Positions 1-14,800 of a stretch of DNA of 64,000 nt are shown here, piece after piece (within the stretch, counting starts at the first letter, position 1; each line of letters opens with the position of its first letter). The notes under the pieces were generated by a model, which was not told the DNA's origin, made no database searches, and saw nothing but the letters and a program-made list of their open reading frames with translations. The DNA comes from Eledone cirrhosa (lineage: Eukaryota). The position numbers and the translations under genes are program-made. Location: contig OZ024755.1 of NCBI GenBank assembly GCA_964016885.1, positions 30,380,001 through 30,444,000 of the forward strand, in the 5' to 3' direction.

Positions 1-139
1 GGGGTCATACTTTTTCCTATTTCCCACTCTACTACCTTAAGTATTGAGTACTCTGGTGCGTTATGGTCCATCTGGTTCCTTACCATAATTCGAACTGTAG
101 AATTGTGAAATACTTCTGGTAATACGAACATGAAATGAT

Positions 140-385
140 TATCTTCATTTGCTACGCTGCGTGTAAATGTATGTTTGTGTTTGTGTGTAAATGTATGTAT
201 GTGAGAGTTATTGTGAATGTGTGTGGATTTCTGGGAATGTATGTCTGTGAGTGTGTATTTTTGTAAGTGTGTCTGTGTTTGCGTGTTTATATTTATATAC
301 TCATACATATAAATGTATAGATATGCACATACACACACGCACAGACATAAACACATACGTGTCAGCGTGTTGAAAAAAATCCTAG
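140..385 (+). repeat. Interspersed repeat with an internal GT/CA microsatellite, ending in CTAG-T (possibly Helitron-derived); second copy at about 21950-22168
   Basis: Shared CATTTGCTACGCTG start, TTTATATTTATATACTCATACATAT middle and GTGTTGAAAAA...CTAGTA end. Similarity stops after CTAGTA. Confidence 0.5.
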
Positions 386-1831
386 TACACCTACAAAACG
401 TACGCAGTAACTTATATTTAACATATTCATGTGTCATAAATACACACAAACTGTGAGTCGAAAAGGTTACAAATGAAATATGCCTTCGAATAGTTATGAT
501 ATGAAATATTCGTGATAATCACGATATCTAAGTAAATGAATAGATAAATGAGGAAGATCATATTGATCTTTAGAAAATGTCTGTATTTGAGAAAATCTGG
601 AATTCATGCACAGAAACGTACCCGGAAGGGACAAAGAACCGCGTAGAAAAGATGATGCCTAAAATACCCAACTGTATACACAAACCAAGTCAGGTATCAT
701 AGACATCTTGTGTGTTTTTGCATGCGATTCTTTATTTTTAAAAATGTGTTTATTTAGAATTATACATTTTGTTATTCAGATTGCGAACAAATCATTCAAA
801 ATATCGATACAGAAATCGTTAGAAACATGGTTATACAGCAAAAATTTACTTCCCTCAGCTGTTGCAGTGTAAAAAATAGAAATACATAAACTTTAGATAA
901 AGAATTGAAAAATCTATATCGCGAAATATAATCAAATACCAAGATAAATATATATAAATACAAACGAAAATAGATTGCTGTGTACAAAGGGATGTATTGA
1001 TTCCAAAGGAAATAGTCGATTTGTTATACATATATACATACATGCACACATACAACCAAATATACATATACATTAAATTTATTTGTGTGTTTGTTTCTTA
1101 TAAAGTATATACACACACACATATATATATATCTCTATATCTCTCTCTCTATATATATATATACACATATATATATACATACATACATACAGGGTGTCAC
1201 CAAAAAATGTATACACACTTTGATTACCTGTACAGGCAATATTTATTACAATGCTGTTGAAGTAAGTATATATTTTGGGGGGGACATGCCCTATATATAT
1301 ATATATAGTAATAATAAATTTGAAGACTAAAATCCAAAGAGGGCTCGATAAGGATAAGTATATATCAGAAGATCCCATTAAGGGTGAAAGCCGCGATTCT
1401 TTGCTTAAACTTTAATCTGTTATTTTAATAAATATATATATGTGTGTGTGTGTGTGTGTGTATGTGTGTATATGTATGTGTGTGTGTATGTAAAACAAGT
1501 TTCTGAAAAGTGATTAGAGAGAAAGTTAGTAAAAGAAAAAAAAAAAGATATCTATGAGGCAGAATCATAAAAAAAAATTAAAATCATGGCCTGAGCAAAA
1601 GAAGGCTAAGGGTAGTTCCTCATTTTCATATACCTCTAAATCTATATCAGACAGCTGTTTCTTCTCGTTGTTAGAATATTACTTTGATGAGAAAAAGCAA
1701 CTATGAAATTATTACATGAAATTATGTAATATAGATTTACTTATATTTATGTACATTTGCAGATATGTATGTATTTATGTATATAGTATTTATGTATATA
1801 GTATGTATGTATGTATATATGTATGTATGTA

Positions 1832-1902
<71 letters not shown>

Positions 1903-1913
1903 GTATGTATGTA

Positions 1914-1958
<45 letters not shown>

Positions 1959-2129
1959 GTGTATGTATGTACCTATATATATATATGTATATATATGTAT
2001 GTATGTATATATGAATGTACCTATGTATATATGTAATATATATATATATATATATGTGTGTGTGTTTATTTAATTTATATATATATATTTATGCGTGCCT
2101 GTATGTATATATCTATGTAAGCATGTATG

Positions 2130-2177
<48 letters not shown>

Positions 2178-2341
2178 ATATATATGTATGCATACATGTA
2201 TGTATATATCTATGTAAGCATATACGTATGTATGTATGTCTGTGTGTATGTATGTTGTATCCATGCATGAATATATACCAAGAACTAAACGCTACTAAAA
2301 GGTGTTGGTTCCAATACAGAAACAAACAATAAAATACACAG

Positions 2342-2410
<69 letters not shown>

Positions 2411-3329
2411 CACACACACACATACACACACACACACAGAGACAGAGAGAGAGAGACAGCAACACCCATAAAATACACACATACATAAGAACACATCCAC
2501 ACAACCACATACACATCTACACTTTCATTCTTTTGTATTATTATTTAACTATTTTCAGTCTTTGATCTGGGCCCATGCTGGAACCCTGCCATGAATTGTT
2601 TATTACAGAAATAGTTGTTTATACTTTTGGCACAAGGCCAGCAATTATCCCAGTGTATTACTGGTACGGTACTTTATTTTATCGACCGCGTAAGGATGAA
2701 AGGCAAAGTTAACCTCGGCGAGATTTGAACTCAAATTATAGCGGGAAGTAACTCTATGCTGCAAATCATGGCGTCCGACTCTCTACCGATACTGCCAATA
2801 ATGGTTTCTGATTTTGCCACAAGACCCACAATTTGGGAGGGGGGGGGGAGTCGATTAGGTCGACTCCAGTGCATTAGTGGTAGTTTATTTCATCGACCAG
2901 GTAAGGAAGAAAGACAAAACTAGCCTCGACAGGATTTGAACTCAGAATGTAAAGGTCCATAACTCTATGCTGGTGTCCAATGCTCTACCAATAATGCCAA
3001 TCCTGAAAAATTACTTTTCAGAAAGTCTGGTACTTTCTTTGAATTTAAAATCAGGAGCTGTGTTCAACCTTTTGATTCCAATGTTTCCATGCATAGCAAA
3101 TTGTTTGTAATTACAAGTTGTAGTTTAAACACATATATACAATTACTAAGAGATTATAAAAGATATTCTTCTTTTGAAATATGCCTGTCTTGTGGTTTTA
3201 TGTTCATCTCTATATGCAACTCACCTAATATAAAGATCTCTTTATATGGAATTTTATACGGTTTCAATACATCAAATGTTATTAATACGAATAGGTTTTA
3301 ATACAGGCACGTAAATACAAACATAAATA

Positions 3330-3376
<47 letters not shown>

Positions 3377-3377
<1 letters not shown>

Positions 3378-3725
3378 TTTTGAGTTTATGTTGGTTGTAT
3401 ACCAACACCTCAGTATGCAGGCTGGAGCACTCGACGAAGTGCGCAGGTTGGTTTGGTTACTCCGGAGTAATGTAAAATAAAGTTAAATAAAAAGTCAAAT
3501 ATATGATTCCAGTTCCTCAGTGAAATAACAACCCAACCAGGAACTGGGCATATCAGAGTATTGACAATATTATACACCTCAACAACATATGTACTTGTCT
3601 ATACCATACTAATTCAAACTGCTTGAAGAGGTCACAGCCAAAGATGGCTGTCACTGAAATATATATAGCAGTAATAAACGAAGTTAAATTTTAATCATTT
3701 GACTTTTTATTTAACTTTATTTTAT
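3377..3725. mobile_element. PLE pLTR family B with inversion; mutated hammerhead at 3618-3672 (+)
   Basis: Antisense 3' terminus (3377-3500) is joined to a sense pLTR piece. Core reads TTGAAGA...TGAAA. (TA)n on both sides. Related copy at about 3815-4110. Confidence 0.82.
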
Positions 3726-3967
3726 ATATATATATATATATGAAGTATATATATATATATATGTAAGTTTATATATATATATATATATATATAAATTTAT
3801 ATATTCCTATATATATTGAGTATATGTTGGTTGTTTCCCCGACACCTCGGTATGCAGATTAGAGCACTCGACGAAGTACGCAGGTTGGTTTGTTTACTCC
3901 GGAGTAATGTAAAATAATTAAGTCAAATATGTAAAATTTGGCTTCGTTTATTATAAATTATAAATTT

Positions 3968-4022
3968 ACTGCTATATATATTTCGGTGACAGCCATCATT
4001 GGCTGTGACCTCTTCAGGCAGT
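3968..4022 (-). ncRNA. Minimal type I hammerhead ribozyme (family B), intact core
   Basis: Minus strand: ACTGC-CTGAAGA-GGTCACAGCC(AATGAT)GGCTGTCACC-GAAA-TATATA-TA/GCAGT. Stem III is a short palindrome. Confidence 0.88.
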
Positions 4023-6699
4023 CCGAATTGGTGTGGAAAAGACAGGTGCACATGTTGTTGAAGTGTGTTTCACTCCGTCAATACATCGATATGTCCAGCT
4101 CCTGGGTGTGTTATTAGTAATAACACACGTAAAGTACCAGTCAAATACTGATTTTGATTTAATTGACTTTCCCGCTTCCCAAATTAATGTTATTATACTT
4201 CATTTAAATCTTTTTTCCAGCCATGAAACCAATCTCATAAACTTTCTATTTTAAGTCGTCGTTCCTGTGTTTGTAGGAAGCTAAATGTCTTTGGGCTATC
4301 CGCTCTCTCATACATAAAACACCATTAAATCGGCCATATACTTTATATTTCATATCCGTATTTTATTTCTTAAACTTGTCGAAGTGTATTCAATATTTGT
4401 CACTTTTATGGCCACATCAGTCCAATACTCGAGAAGATGCTCCAGTAATAAAATGTCTTCAAGTTTCCAACACCGCTGCCAATTCTACCTTCTTTTGTTT
4501 CAATAATGGTGATTACAAGCCAACAAATAAACATCTATGCTGTAGCTCGATCTACTAAAAATAGCAGCCAATCTATATGGCGAGTAAAATTCCCGAATTA
4601 CTCTGAATATTTGTCCCAGAGACAGCTGATCAATCATCCACCGGCCCTCCCTGTGACTCTAAACCAGCAGTGTAATAACGACCAGACTGCTCCTTGACAG
4701 TGTAGTTAGGGGCTCTAACCCTAGTGTTGTTAAATCCACTCTCCATGGTTCTTTTCAGTAGCTGATAATACCTTACCGGCGCCACTCGAATAAGGTAATT
4801 ATTTAACCCATAAATTTGGCCCTAAAAGGTGCTACTATTCCGTGCCAGAGCAGACCTGGGAGTGCTAACAACTAAGAGGTAACTCCGCATATCCCACAGC
4901 TCCTGAACTCCCGAACTGGAGCCTTGCCACTAGATGTAGTTTAATGTCATACCCAGGACATAAATAGCAGCCAAATATAGCTTAAATTAAGTCAAAATCA
5001 AAGAACACTATGGTTAATGTATCTCATAGACGACTGTCTGAGTAAGATGTTGGATACTAACAACTAGAATGCCTTTCGTCGTACTTCTGCTGGATGAAGA
5101 TTGAAATTGGGTTATACAACAACAGCAAAGTCACATTGAGCGAAACCATGCTAAAATACTGACGTCCCATATTGAGCAGAACCAGCAGAAACTTCTACGG
5201 GTCACATATCCTTTTTTATTGAGATTTTCATACTTGTTGTTATAGTAATTTTATGTGCTTTTCTCTTGAATTTGCTCATTTTTTAAAAGTATTATTGGTG
5301 TCGTTTATCGTTATGTTATGTTATGTCTAATTGATTATTGTTATGTTGAAAGTGATTCCAACCATGACCACCTCTCCTTCTTTTCATTCCAAACAGAGTA
5401 TATCTAGGCCTACTTTACTCCCCGTATCGTTCCGTTGTTTGTTTGTAATATATTTTATCATATTGAAATTTGAAGTAGTTTTATGATGTTTGGGTATGAT
5501 GTATTTTACGACGTTCGGGTGTAATAATTTTTATGATGATCGGGTGTAAAGTTACTGTGACTCTTTTGCTATTTATCGTAGAAATAATGACCACATAGAG
5601 GCAACATCATTGACTCATTTTGTTCAATGTATGACTATTTTCATTACCATTGTCAGGGAGGGAATGAGCATAGTTTCTATCATTACAATAGTCATCTTCT
5701 ACTCCAAATGATACTTAATAATTTGAAATATTTGCGAAAGACAAATAATCTTTCAATAACTTGGAAGCAAATATTCCTTTAAAAAGGCTTCTCTCTGTTG
5801 ATTAGAAAGTTCCAAATAAAATAAAACAATGAAGTCAATTATTTATTCATTAAAAAATAAATAAATGATTCATAAAATGTGTAGAGCGTCTTCCAGCAAT
5901 ATGGTAGCCTACAACGTCAAAAGCAGCCGAATTAACAATAGTTTCTACTTTAGGCACAAGGCCAGCAATGTTGAGGGATGTAGCAACGACTAACGTCATT
6001 TTCTTCATTCCTAAGTAGATAAACTAAATATCAGTGATGTCTTGAAGTCGATAAGTTTGACTGTACGGCACTCCAAGTATGTGCAACCCAGTGTCAATAT
6101 TAGAATCATATATAAGGGTGGTGGATTGGCAGTATCCGTAGAAGGTCGAACGCCATGCATTACAACATAGAGTTACGGCCCTTTATGATTTCAGTTGAAA
6201 TCCCTCCGAGGTTAACTTTGCCTTTCATCCTTACGGGGGTCAATAAAATAAAGTATCAGTCACGCACTGGGGTCGATTTAATTGACTTTCCCTTCCGCCA
6301 AAATTGCTGGCCTGGTGCCTATATTTAAGAAATCAATATTAGAAACATATATTTGTATTATGAATTACATAAAATAATTTTTAGAAATCCCATATAAATT
6401 ATATTATATTTTCTATCCATACGAAGAGAATAACACTACATTCAAATGACAATACCTCTTAAATTAATTCACTGCTTTCGAGAATTTCGTGAAGATAAGT
6501 ACTATAAACTAAGAAATATGTCGTTGGCTGCGGCATGCCAAGCAGCTGTACACGTGAAGGTGATAAATCATTGAGAAAAAATTTAAAACATAAATTTCAT
6601 ATGAATTTCTATGGAATAGCCAGAAACAGATTAAAAAGAAAAAATGTTAAACAAAGTGCCGGCACGCATAGTGACATTTAAAACCAGCATTAAATAGCT

Positions 6700-7018
6700 A
6701 CAGGTAAAACTCCGTTCTAACGAATACCATTTGTATAAAGAAATTTTGAGTATAACGAAATGTTTTTATGTAAGTTTATATGGCAGAAAACAAACGAAAG
6801 AAACATATTTGAACATTTTTGAAATATATATTTATAGTTTATTGCATGATATTCATATTGCAGGTATGTTTTCATTTATTTAATGTTTAATTTTTTAAAT
6901 ACGAGGTTATAACATACAAATGCTCGATTTCTTTCCGTCGATCTCGTTGTAAAGAAATTTTTCGTTACAATGAATTTTTTTTATATCCGTGGATTTCGTT
7001 ATAACGGAATTTCACTGT
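6700..7018. mobile_element. Tigger/pogo-type MITE remnant
   Basis: Imperfect TIRs CAGGTAAAACTCCGTTCTAACGAA / TTCGTTATAACGGAATTTCACTG. Confidence 0.65.
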
Positions 7019-7229
7019 TCTTGTGAATGAATAGTTTAACAACCGTATTCATGTTTATATGGCTGGGATTACACTAGTGTCCTAAAAATGTATACATACT
7101 TTGATTAACTGTACAGGCAATATCTACCCTGTAGCTATGATGATATATAATTATAGGGGCAAAATATATTTCTGGCTTCCTTGTGTTTACCACCAGTAAT
7201 ATCGTGCACCGCAAATATATTCTTTCACC

Positions 7230-7403
7230 CCGTATTTTCCGGCGCCGAAGACGTTTCGTCCTCGAGGATGCACCCTAATTTTGACAACCAAAAACTTGAA
7301 AAAAAAAAAATGAAGAATGCAAGCTTCGTTCTCCAGGACGCATGGTAGATTTTTGCGACTTATTTTAGGGGAAAAAATAGCGTCTTCGACACCGGGAAAC
7401 ACT
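7230..7403. mobile_element. Tc2/pogo-type MITE remnant
   Basis: Imperfect TIRs CCGTATTTTCCGGCGCCGAAGACG / CGTCTTCGACACCGGGAAACACTG. Confidence 0.6.
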
Positions 7404-8817
7404 GTACATTGTAGATGAAAAATATATTTCTTTTGTTTTCTATTTTAATTCCTTCATGCCCGTGTCCTATATTTGTTGGCTCTCTTGAAGAATGAACATA
7501 AATTCGTTCTGTTGATATTATATTCTGTTGATATTATAAGCTCTTTGCCTAAGTTTCTATTTACATTTTAACATATAATTTTGTAGTCCTACACTAAATA
7601 TTTTATAATAAATATCTAGTTAAAATACGGTGGTACCTCTCTGTGTTTGTGAGAGAGTTTTCTGTATATTCATGTATCAGAACGTGGATATTATATGCTA
7701 AATCCACTTATTATTTCTAGGTCCTACCTTGCCGATTTACTGAACGTTAAGCTGTGTATATTATAGCTATAGCGTATTACTGGGGCAGCTAGAGTATTGA
7801 TGCCTATTATCTAATTTATTTTTACATTTAGCTTTCTTCTAAGTATTAATTTAATGTTTCAATAGTATTTCTTTCTAAACTTGTATATCATTTGTACTTG
7901 CTCTATTTAGCTTAGATCGTTAATTTCGAAGTATGTCTGGGTTTGGTCTAATTTACGTTTATTTGCTTTTCCTTTGTTTCATATAACAACAGTGTATTTT
8001 GTTTTTAATTCTCCCTTGAAAATCACCTTCACGTGTTTTTTCTATCCACGTAAATTCCTCTAGTAAATCCATGTTCTCACCGTAGACGTGTTTCTAGTAG
8101 TTTATTTTCGCCAATGAACAACTTGAGCACGGCCGAGGAGTCTAACGTTCACATCGCATTCATGAATTCCGTATTGTGGCCAGATCTATTTTACAATAGC
8201 CTTGCTCTAAACCTTAGAGTGAAATGTGGGAGAACTGTAACTGTGGAACAATGTCAATGAACAATTCATAATGTAGCTTTCTAACACGTTGTGTTAGGCT
8301 GATACTGCCAGAGAATCGTATGAAGTGCCTCTGTGTTTGTCGAATAACTTGCGATGCATACCTTAATTCGACATGCATATAATTCAGATGATCAAACGCT
8401 GAAATTGTCATCTTCGAAATAAATGGACGTAGATCCATTTATTTAATTACAACTTCAGATTTTTTATATACAAATGAATGCTGTATGTGCTCCGTGAGCT
8501 TTGTTTCCAAGTACAAGCTGATTTAGCTTGCTGTTTAAAACGTTACTGTAAGGAAGTGGAGAAAGGGAATATTTGTCTTCTATTAGAGATATAATTATTT
8601 TTTTATATAATTCGTTATACATGTAGGCTATTGTTTAACATTTTCCTAACCTTCTTGGATCTTCGGGCGACTGAATGCGCCATTTTCACAAGAAAAGACA
8701 TCTATCCCCCACCCCAAAGTGGGTTGGAGATCTCCCCGTCGGACGGAGAGTGAGTGTTTACAGGTGTGATATATATATATATACTATAAGGAACAAGGAT
8801 TCAGTGTTGCATCATAA

Positions 8818-8907
8818 CATATTACATATGTTTCACTATCGATCAGCTCGAGGCAAGACCTATTATTTATCGAACCTGACTCTGTAATCGAAAGATCGTC
8901 AGTTATG
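8818..8907 (-). ncRNA. Hammerhead-like motif with extended stem II (family M)
   Basis: Minus strand: CATAA-CTGACGA-TCTTTCGAT..~40 nt..ATCGATAGT-GAAA-CATATG-TA/ATATG. Lies in an island between (TA)n and (TC)n(TA)n. Stem I has one mismatch. Confidence 0.7.
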
Positions 8908-8932
8908 CTTGCTATATGATCTCATCTCCGAT

Positions 8933-9001
<69 letters not shown>

Positions 9002-9426
9002 ATAATTGTTTCTACTTTAGGCACAAGGCCAGCAATTAATCCAGTACATTACTGGTACTTTATTTTATCGACCCCGTAAGGATGAAAGGCAAAGTTAACC
9101 TCGCCGGGATTTGAACTCAGAATGGCAAGGGCCGTAACTCTATGCGTCGAAGCATGGCGTCCGACCCTCTACCGATACTGCCAATCCACAACAAGTAAGA
9201 CGCTTAGGTTAGTCCATGCCTATTCATCTTATATTACGTATTACGAAGACGTATGGCTTTTGTGTAACATCTGCCAACGTGTTCTTTTCACACGGGTTAT
9301 TCACTTCGGCCACTGTTTATTATCATGATAAAACGCCGGATCAACATAAACCGTTGAGTGCTTGATATCTGTTATTTAAAAGGCGGCAAATTTTCAATCA
9401 ACCAACTTTCTCTTCTGATTGAATAG

Positions 9427-9472
<46 letters not shown>

Positions 9473-9536
9473 CACATAATGTTTAAACACTCAAAAATTA
9501 ATTATTTGCACTGCATTGAAATAGGATGTAATACAG

Positions 9537-9593
<57 letters not shown>

Positions 9594-10770
9594 TAATAAA
9601 GTAATGAATAAACAAAGAAACAGTTCCTTATATTAAAAAAATTCCTTATATTAAAATTTTTTTTATATATATATATATTTATTTATACTGTATTACATCC
9701 TATTTCAATGCAGTGCAAATAATTAATTTTTGAGTGTTTAAACATTATGTGTATTATAAAGTAATGTAAATTGCATTTACTAATAGAATTTTCTGTGGAA
9801 AAAATGTCACCTTTGCTTATTATAAAGAGAAAATCATAAAGTATTAATAGTATATAGTATGAACAAATGATTAAATGTTCAAAGAATATCTAAAAAACTA
9901 ATATAAAAGTCATTAAGATTGACGATGTATATAGCATTAACGATTCCAACTTATCTACGAAACAAACAAATATGTACATATTAATGTTTTTTTCTCAAAT
10001 GAAACACAATCTATATCTGTGTATAATATTCCTTCCTTCCGACGTTCATAATTACCATTCTGGTATCTAAGAACGGCATAATATAATTGTTTCTACTTTT
10101 GGCACAAGGCCAGCAATTATCCCAGTGTATTACTGGTACTTTATTTTATCGACCCGGTAAGGATGAAAGGCAAAGTTAACCTCGGCGGGATTTGAACTCA
10201 GACCATAAAGGGCCGTAACTCTTTGTTGCAAAGCATGGTGTCCGACCCTCTACCGATATTTCAAATGTAGTCGTTTTTCTGCTACCAACATTTTCACGTT
10301 TTACTATGTTACTTGAACAGTAAATAAACAGTTTAGCTCTATTCAACATGTTATAGAGTCGATGTACTAAATTCTGTAATCAAAGTTAATATTCTACACG
10401 GAAAACATTTTAATATACTCAAAAGCTTTTCAGCGCAATACATATCATATTGCAACTCAATATGTTAGTGTAAGCATCACTTAAATGTTCCTACTATATT
10501 CCAGATACAGAAATAACAATGTCTCCAATTCTACATCGACCCCAAAGAGATGGTCCCCAAAGCATTGGTGAATTGGCATTATCACTAGAGGGTCGGACAT
10601 GCTTTCCAGCAAGGTTACGTCCCTTTACGATCTGAGTTCAAATCCTGCCGAGGTTAACTTTGCCTTTCATCCTTACGGGGTCGATAAAATAAAGTACCAG
10701 TAATGCACTGGGTAATTTGCTGGCCTTGTGCCAAAAGTAGAAACAATTATATTAGTGAAAACATGAAAAA

Positions 10771-10960
10771 GGGCGGTGGATTGGCAGTATCGGTAGAGGG
10801 TCGGACGCCATGCTTTCCAGCATAGTTACGTCCCTTTACGATCTGAGTTCAAATCCCGCCGAGGTTAACTTTGCCTTTCATCCTTACGGGATCGATAGAA
10901 TAAAGTACCAGTAATGCACTGGGGGTAATTCCTGGCCTTGTGCCAAAAGTAGAAACAATT
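10771..10960 (+). mobile_element. Dominant tRNA-headed SINE of about 190 bp (MetaSINE-like central domain), representative copy
   Basis: A-box-like TGGCAGTATCGG, B-box GAGTTCAAATCC, central TTGCCTTTCATCCTTACGGGGTCGATAAAATAAAGTACCAG. Other copies at about: 2614-2800, 2800-3003, 9003-9190, 10085-10265, 12178-12397, 12415-12612, 12615-12795, 25083-25272, 26432-26565, 32447-32637, 32655-32872, 33183-33342, 61100-61290 (all -); 6117-6340, 10565-10750, 11140-11270, 21066-21252, 32003-32192, 59473-59662 (all +). Confidence 0.92.
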
Positions 10961-13169
10961 ATATTAGTGGATGTTATCCAACTATCTTGCTCGAGGTCTG
11001 CCCCTGGGTCACATGCCGGCTGCGTTTGCTCGTAGAATCTGGGAGTATTTCCAAGAGGTATATTCTTGTTTCGAACTCAGCACTTTTTTAAAGTCCGTAA
11101 ACTAATTATGCGCCTAGTTGACAGAGTCACTAAAATATCAGATAGAATGCTTTGGGGTATTCGTTCCGGTACTCTGCTCTCTCAGTTCAAATTCCGCCGA
11201 GGTTTACTTTGCCTTTTTGCCTTTCGAGATCTATAAAAAAAAAAATGACCAGTCTTGTACTCGGGTCGATTCTTTCTCTCTATATCTTTCTTACCTTCGA
11301 TCCTTCTCTGGAAGAATTCTGCTAATTCAGACCTGGAAAAGGATGGACTCCGTAACGTTGCTTAAAATGTCCCAGAAACGGCGTATGTCAATACCGTGCC
11401 TCCAGGATTCCATCAAGAGTTACGGGAGCATACCATATACGACCCACTTAATTTCAACTCTCGGCTTTAGACATCTCACTTGAACTATGTCAGTAATGAC
11501 CTTTTACTCGACTGCCAATATCACAACTTCAGTCTCCATATTGAAGTCAATGGAGCTGTAAATCCACTAAACTATGTCACTAATTTAGTATAATGAATCA
11601 TTTGATGTTTCACAGCATCTTGTTTTCTACTTTCGCTTTCAATTATGTGAAACGAATGAACAGCTTCAGTGGAATTATTAAATTTAATCAACCAATTAAT
11701 ATCAAGAATATAATTTTTTTTTAAACATGGTGGTTTAATTAAGTGAATTTTTTTTTTTTAATAAACATGTCTAGACTTAAAAACGACCAAATTATTATAG
11801 TTTTGGTAATGAACAAATAGAGAGTTGAAGAAAATGCTTCACTTGCAGAGAGATAAGATAATCTGATATTGGATTTCAAAGATGGATTCTTAAATTATTG
11901 TTGACAACCGTTAGACATATGAGGTAGGCTGGATAAAGATTGGTCGATTGGTAGGAGTAAAGGTGAAACAGAGAAATCGATAAATGAATTAAATTAGCTA
12001 TTAGTAGTTGTTGTTGCTAGAGAAAAATGAGAGAGAGAGAGAGGGGGGGGGCGGCAGAAACAAACAGATTACGTGCTACTGAAAAAATTAGACGACGGAA
12101 AAGGCAAAACAAATAGTATTTGCATTTTGCTTATACAAGAAAACACAAAATAAAAAAAAATTAATAATAATATTTATAATGGTTTCTTATGTAGGCACAA
12201 GGCCAGCAATTTTGGGGGGAGGGAAACGTCGATGAAATCGACCCCAGTGCATGACTGGTACTTTATTTTATCGACCCCGTAAGGATGAAAGGCAAAGTTA
12301 ACCTCGGCGGGATTTGAACTCAGAATGGCAAGGGCCGTAACTCTATGCGTCAAAGCATGGCGTCCGACCCTCTACCGATACTGCCAATCCACCACCCTAA
12401 TAATAATATATATAATAGTTTCTAATTTAGGCACAAGGGCAACAGGGGAATAGTCGATTAAATTGACCACATTACGTCCTGGAATTTTATTTTATCCACC
12501 CTGTTAGGATGAAGGGCATATTTAACCTCGTTGGAATTTGAACTCAAAACTTAAAGAGACCTAACTCTATGTTGCAATGTATGGTATCCGACGCTCTGCC
12601 GATGCTGCCAATAATAATTATTTCTACTTTAGGCACAAGGCCAACAAATTACCCAGTACATTACTGGTACTTTATTTTATCGACCCCGTAAGGATGAAAG
12701 GCAAAGTTAACCTCGACGGGATTTGAACTCTGACCGTAAAGAGACGTAACTATGCTAGAAAGCATGGCGTCCGACCCTCTACCGATACTGCCAGTTCAAT
12801 TATCATTCCTTCATTGTTCCCTAGGACCGAAAAACAAGGGACAAGGGCAGTGAGGATTTTCATATAATTAATCATGTAAAAAAAGCAAATGGGTAACAAA
12901 ATGAAAATGAATTAAAACGACAGCCTTAACCAACCACGGGAAGTTTCACACAGGTGTAGTTTAGGAAACCGACAGATCCGAAACCACCTTAATCGCCAAA
13001 AGCACCCTCCGTTTACTATAATTATATGAAAATCCCCACTGGCTTTGTCCATTTTTACTAGCCCTTGTTTTTCTGCCCTAGGTAATAATGAAAAAAGGAT
13101 CATTATTATTGGCAGTATTGGTAGAGCGTCGAACAACATGATTTGTGACATAGAGTTAAGGGCCTCAGC

Positions 13170-14250
13170 CTGAAGGTGCAAGCTCCGTGTAGCCCAGTTC
13201 ACTCTGGCAATACACACTACATACACCCACCTTTCAACAAATGAACTGGGAGGTGCAACACTTTCTTCTGCACCCTCACCTTTCTTCCCAATTGGAACTT
13301 GAAAATGTCGATGAGGGCTTTCCCAGGGAAGAAAGTGTCTGTCATCAGTCTTTTCAGTCACGTCCACCATAAAACCTCTTTCATGACGGTCACCAGGAAA
13401 ACTGCCTACCTTCCGGCCAAAATAAGGCAGCAGAGCGAATGTCACAATAGAATCAGCCAGCCCATAGCCGAATTCGACCCACATCTGACAATAGCCGTTC
13501 GACAAAACTCTACATGTCAGTAATGCCGGGATGATTTCGCTGCTCTCCATGCATCTCAGATCGGTCTGTCTGACAGCATTTCTTTGTCTGTAGAAATTGT
13601 CTCGAACCGGCAGTAGACCACTGTAGCAATGCCAGAACAGGGATTTCTGGATATTATCCATAGGCCCTGGACTGAAATTTCTCAGGAACTAGTTTGTAGC
13701 TAGTTTGTTCTCCGTCCCCAAAAACGTCGTCAGTTTTGCCCACCGCTAGTCCTCTACACAAGGCTAACACGACTGCATTGCCCTATTGGTAGATGAGTAC
13801 GAGCGCCAGACAACATTCCAGGGCCCAGTCTTATCTGTCTCCACTTGACTCAAGACTGCAGACCAGTCAATATGACGAGCAGTGGAACGAGATGCCTTAC
13901 AAAAGGCAGCCACAAATGTTTACCGCTTAGGAATATCAACAAGTGCTGTGTCCTTAGTACATGTTTGGACATCATCAGCCGGGGAATGCCGAATTCTCCG
14001 GAGCAAAGGATGTTGGCAGCAAATGGATCGCCAAAGAAGTGGAATCCTTCCACAAGAAGTTTCAGAAATAGCTTCCTCTTGGCTTATTTATGGGTAATAT
14101 ATATTACCCTCCTCGTTTTCTTGTCCCATTTTCCATTCACCTAGATGTCCGAATTTGGGGTCTAAACACCGTTTCTCCAGGTACTTGATAACACCACGAT
14201 GTCACATTTGCTCCATTTTCAAGAGAAGTCCCAGCTAGTTACATTTAAAG
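13170..14250 (-). mobile_element. Decayed L1/Tx1-clade LINE 3' region
   Basis: Fragments GEFGIPRL...WLPFV, LFWHCYSGLLPVRD and VMKEVLWWT...RKVRV resemble the post-RT and zf-RVT region of Tx1-like elements. Multiple frameshifts. Confidence 0.7.
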
Positions 14251-14384
14251 TCTTCTTTGAACAGTCAGATGTCAGTTTACTTCGAAGGAAACAAGGAGGT
14301 TAAAATTAATATATGTAAGATTTCACAGCTCTAGCATCACTCCGTCATATACAGCCAATGAACTTTTCATCTACTTGCTTTTGA

Positions 14385-14800
14385 ATGTATGTATGTATGT
14401 ACGTATGCATGTATTTATGTATGTGTGTATGTATGTATGCATGTATCTATGTACGTACGTGTGCATGTATGTATTTATGTATGTGTGTATGTATTAATCT
14501 ATGTACGTACGTATGCAAGCATGTATTTATGTATGTGTGTATGTATGTATCTATGTACGTACGTATGCATGTATGTATTTATGTATGCGTGTATGTATGT
14601 ATCTATGTAGGTACGTATGCATGTATGTATTTATGTATGTGTGTATGTATGTATGTATCTATGTAGGTACGTATGCATGTATGTATTTATGTATGTGTGT
14701 ATGTATTATCTATGTAGGTACGTATGCATGTATGTATTTATGTATGTGTGTATGTATTATCTATGTAGGTACGTATGCATGTATGTATTTATGTATGTGT
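14385..14800. repeat. (TATG)-derived minisatellite with a higher-order unit of about 50 bp
   Basis: Recurring TCTATGTA(C/G)GTACGTATGCATGTATGTATTTATGTATGTGTG. Confidence 0.9.

Noticed and set aside
1716-2565. Many ORFs rich in Y/I/C/V/M/H/T (also at 14385-14830, 27024-27333, 43007-43690, 49641-53184)
   Set aside because: They are translations of TA, CA, GT and TATG microsatellites, not proteins.
4780-4960. GC-richer segment resembling an interspersed repeat
   Set aside because: Only one copy in the window and no diagnostic ends, so the class cannot be supported.
12912-13661. 249-aa ORF
   Set aside because: Chance read-through across frameshifted Tx1-like sequence, a SINE scrap and flanking DNA.
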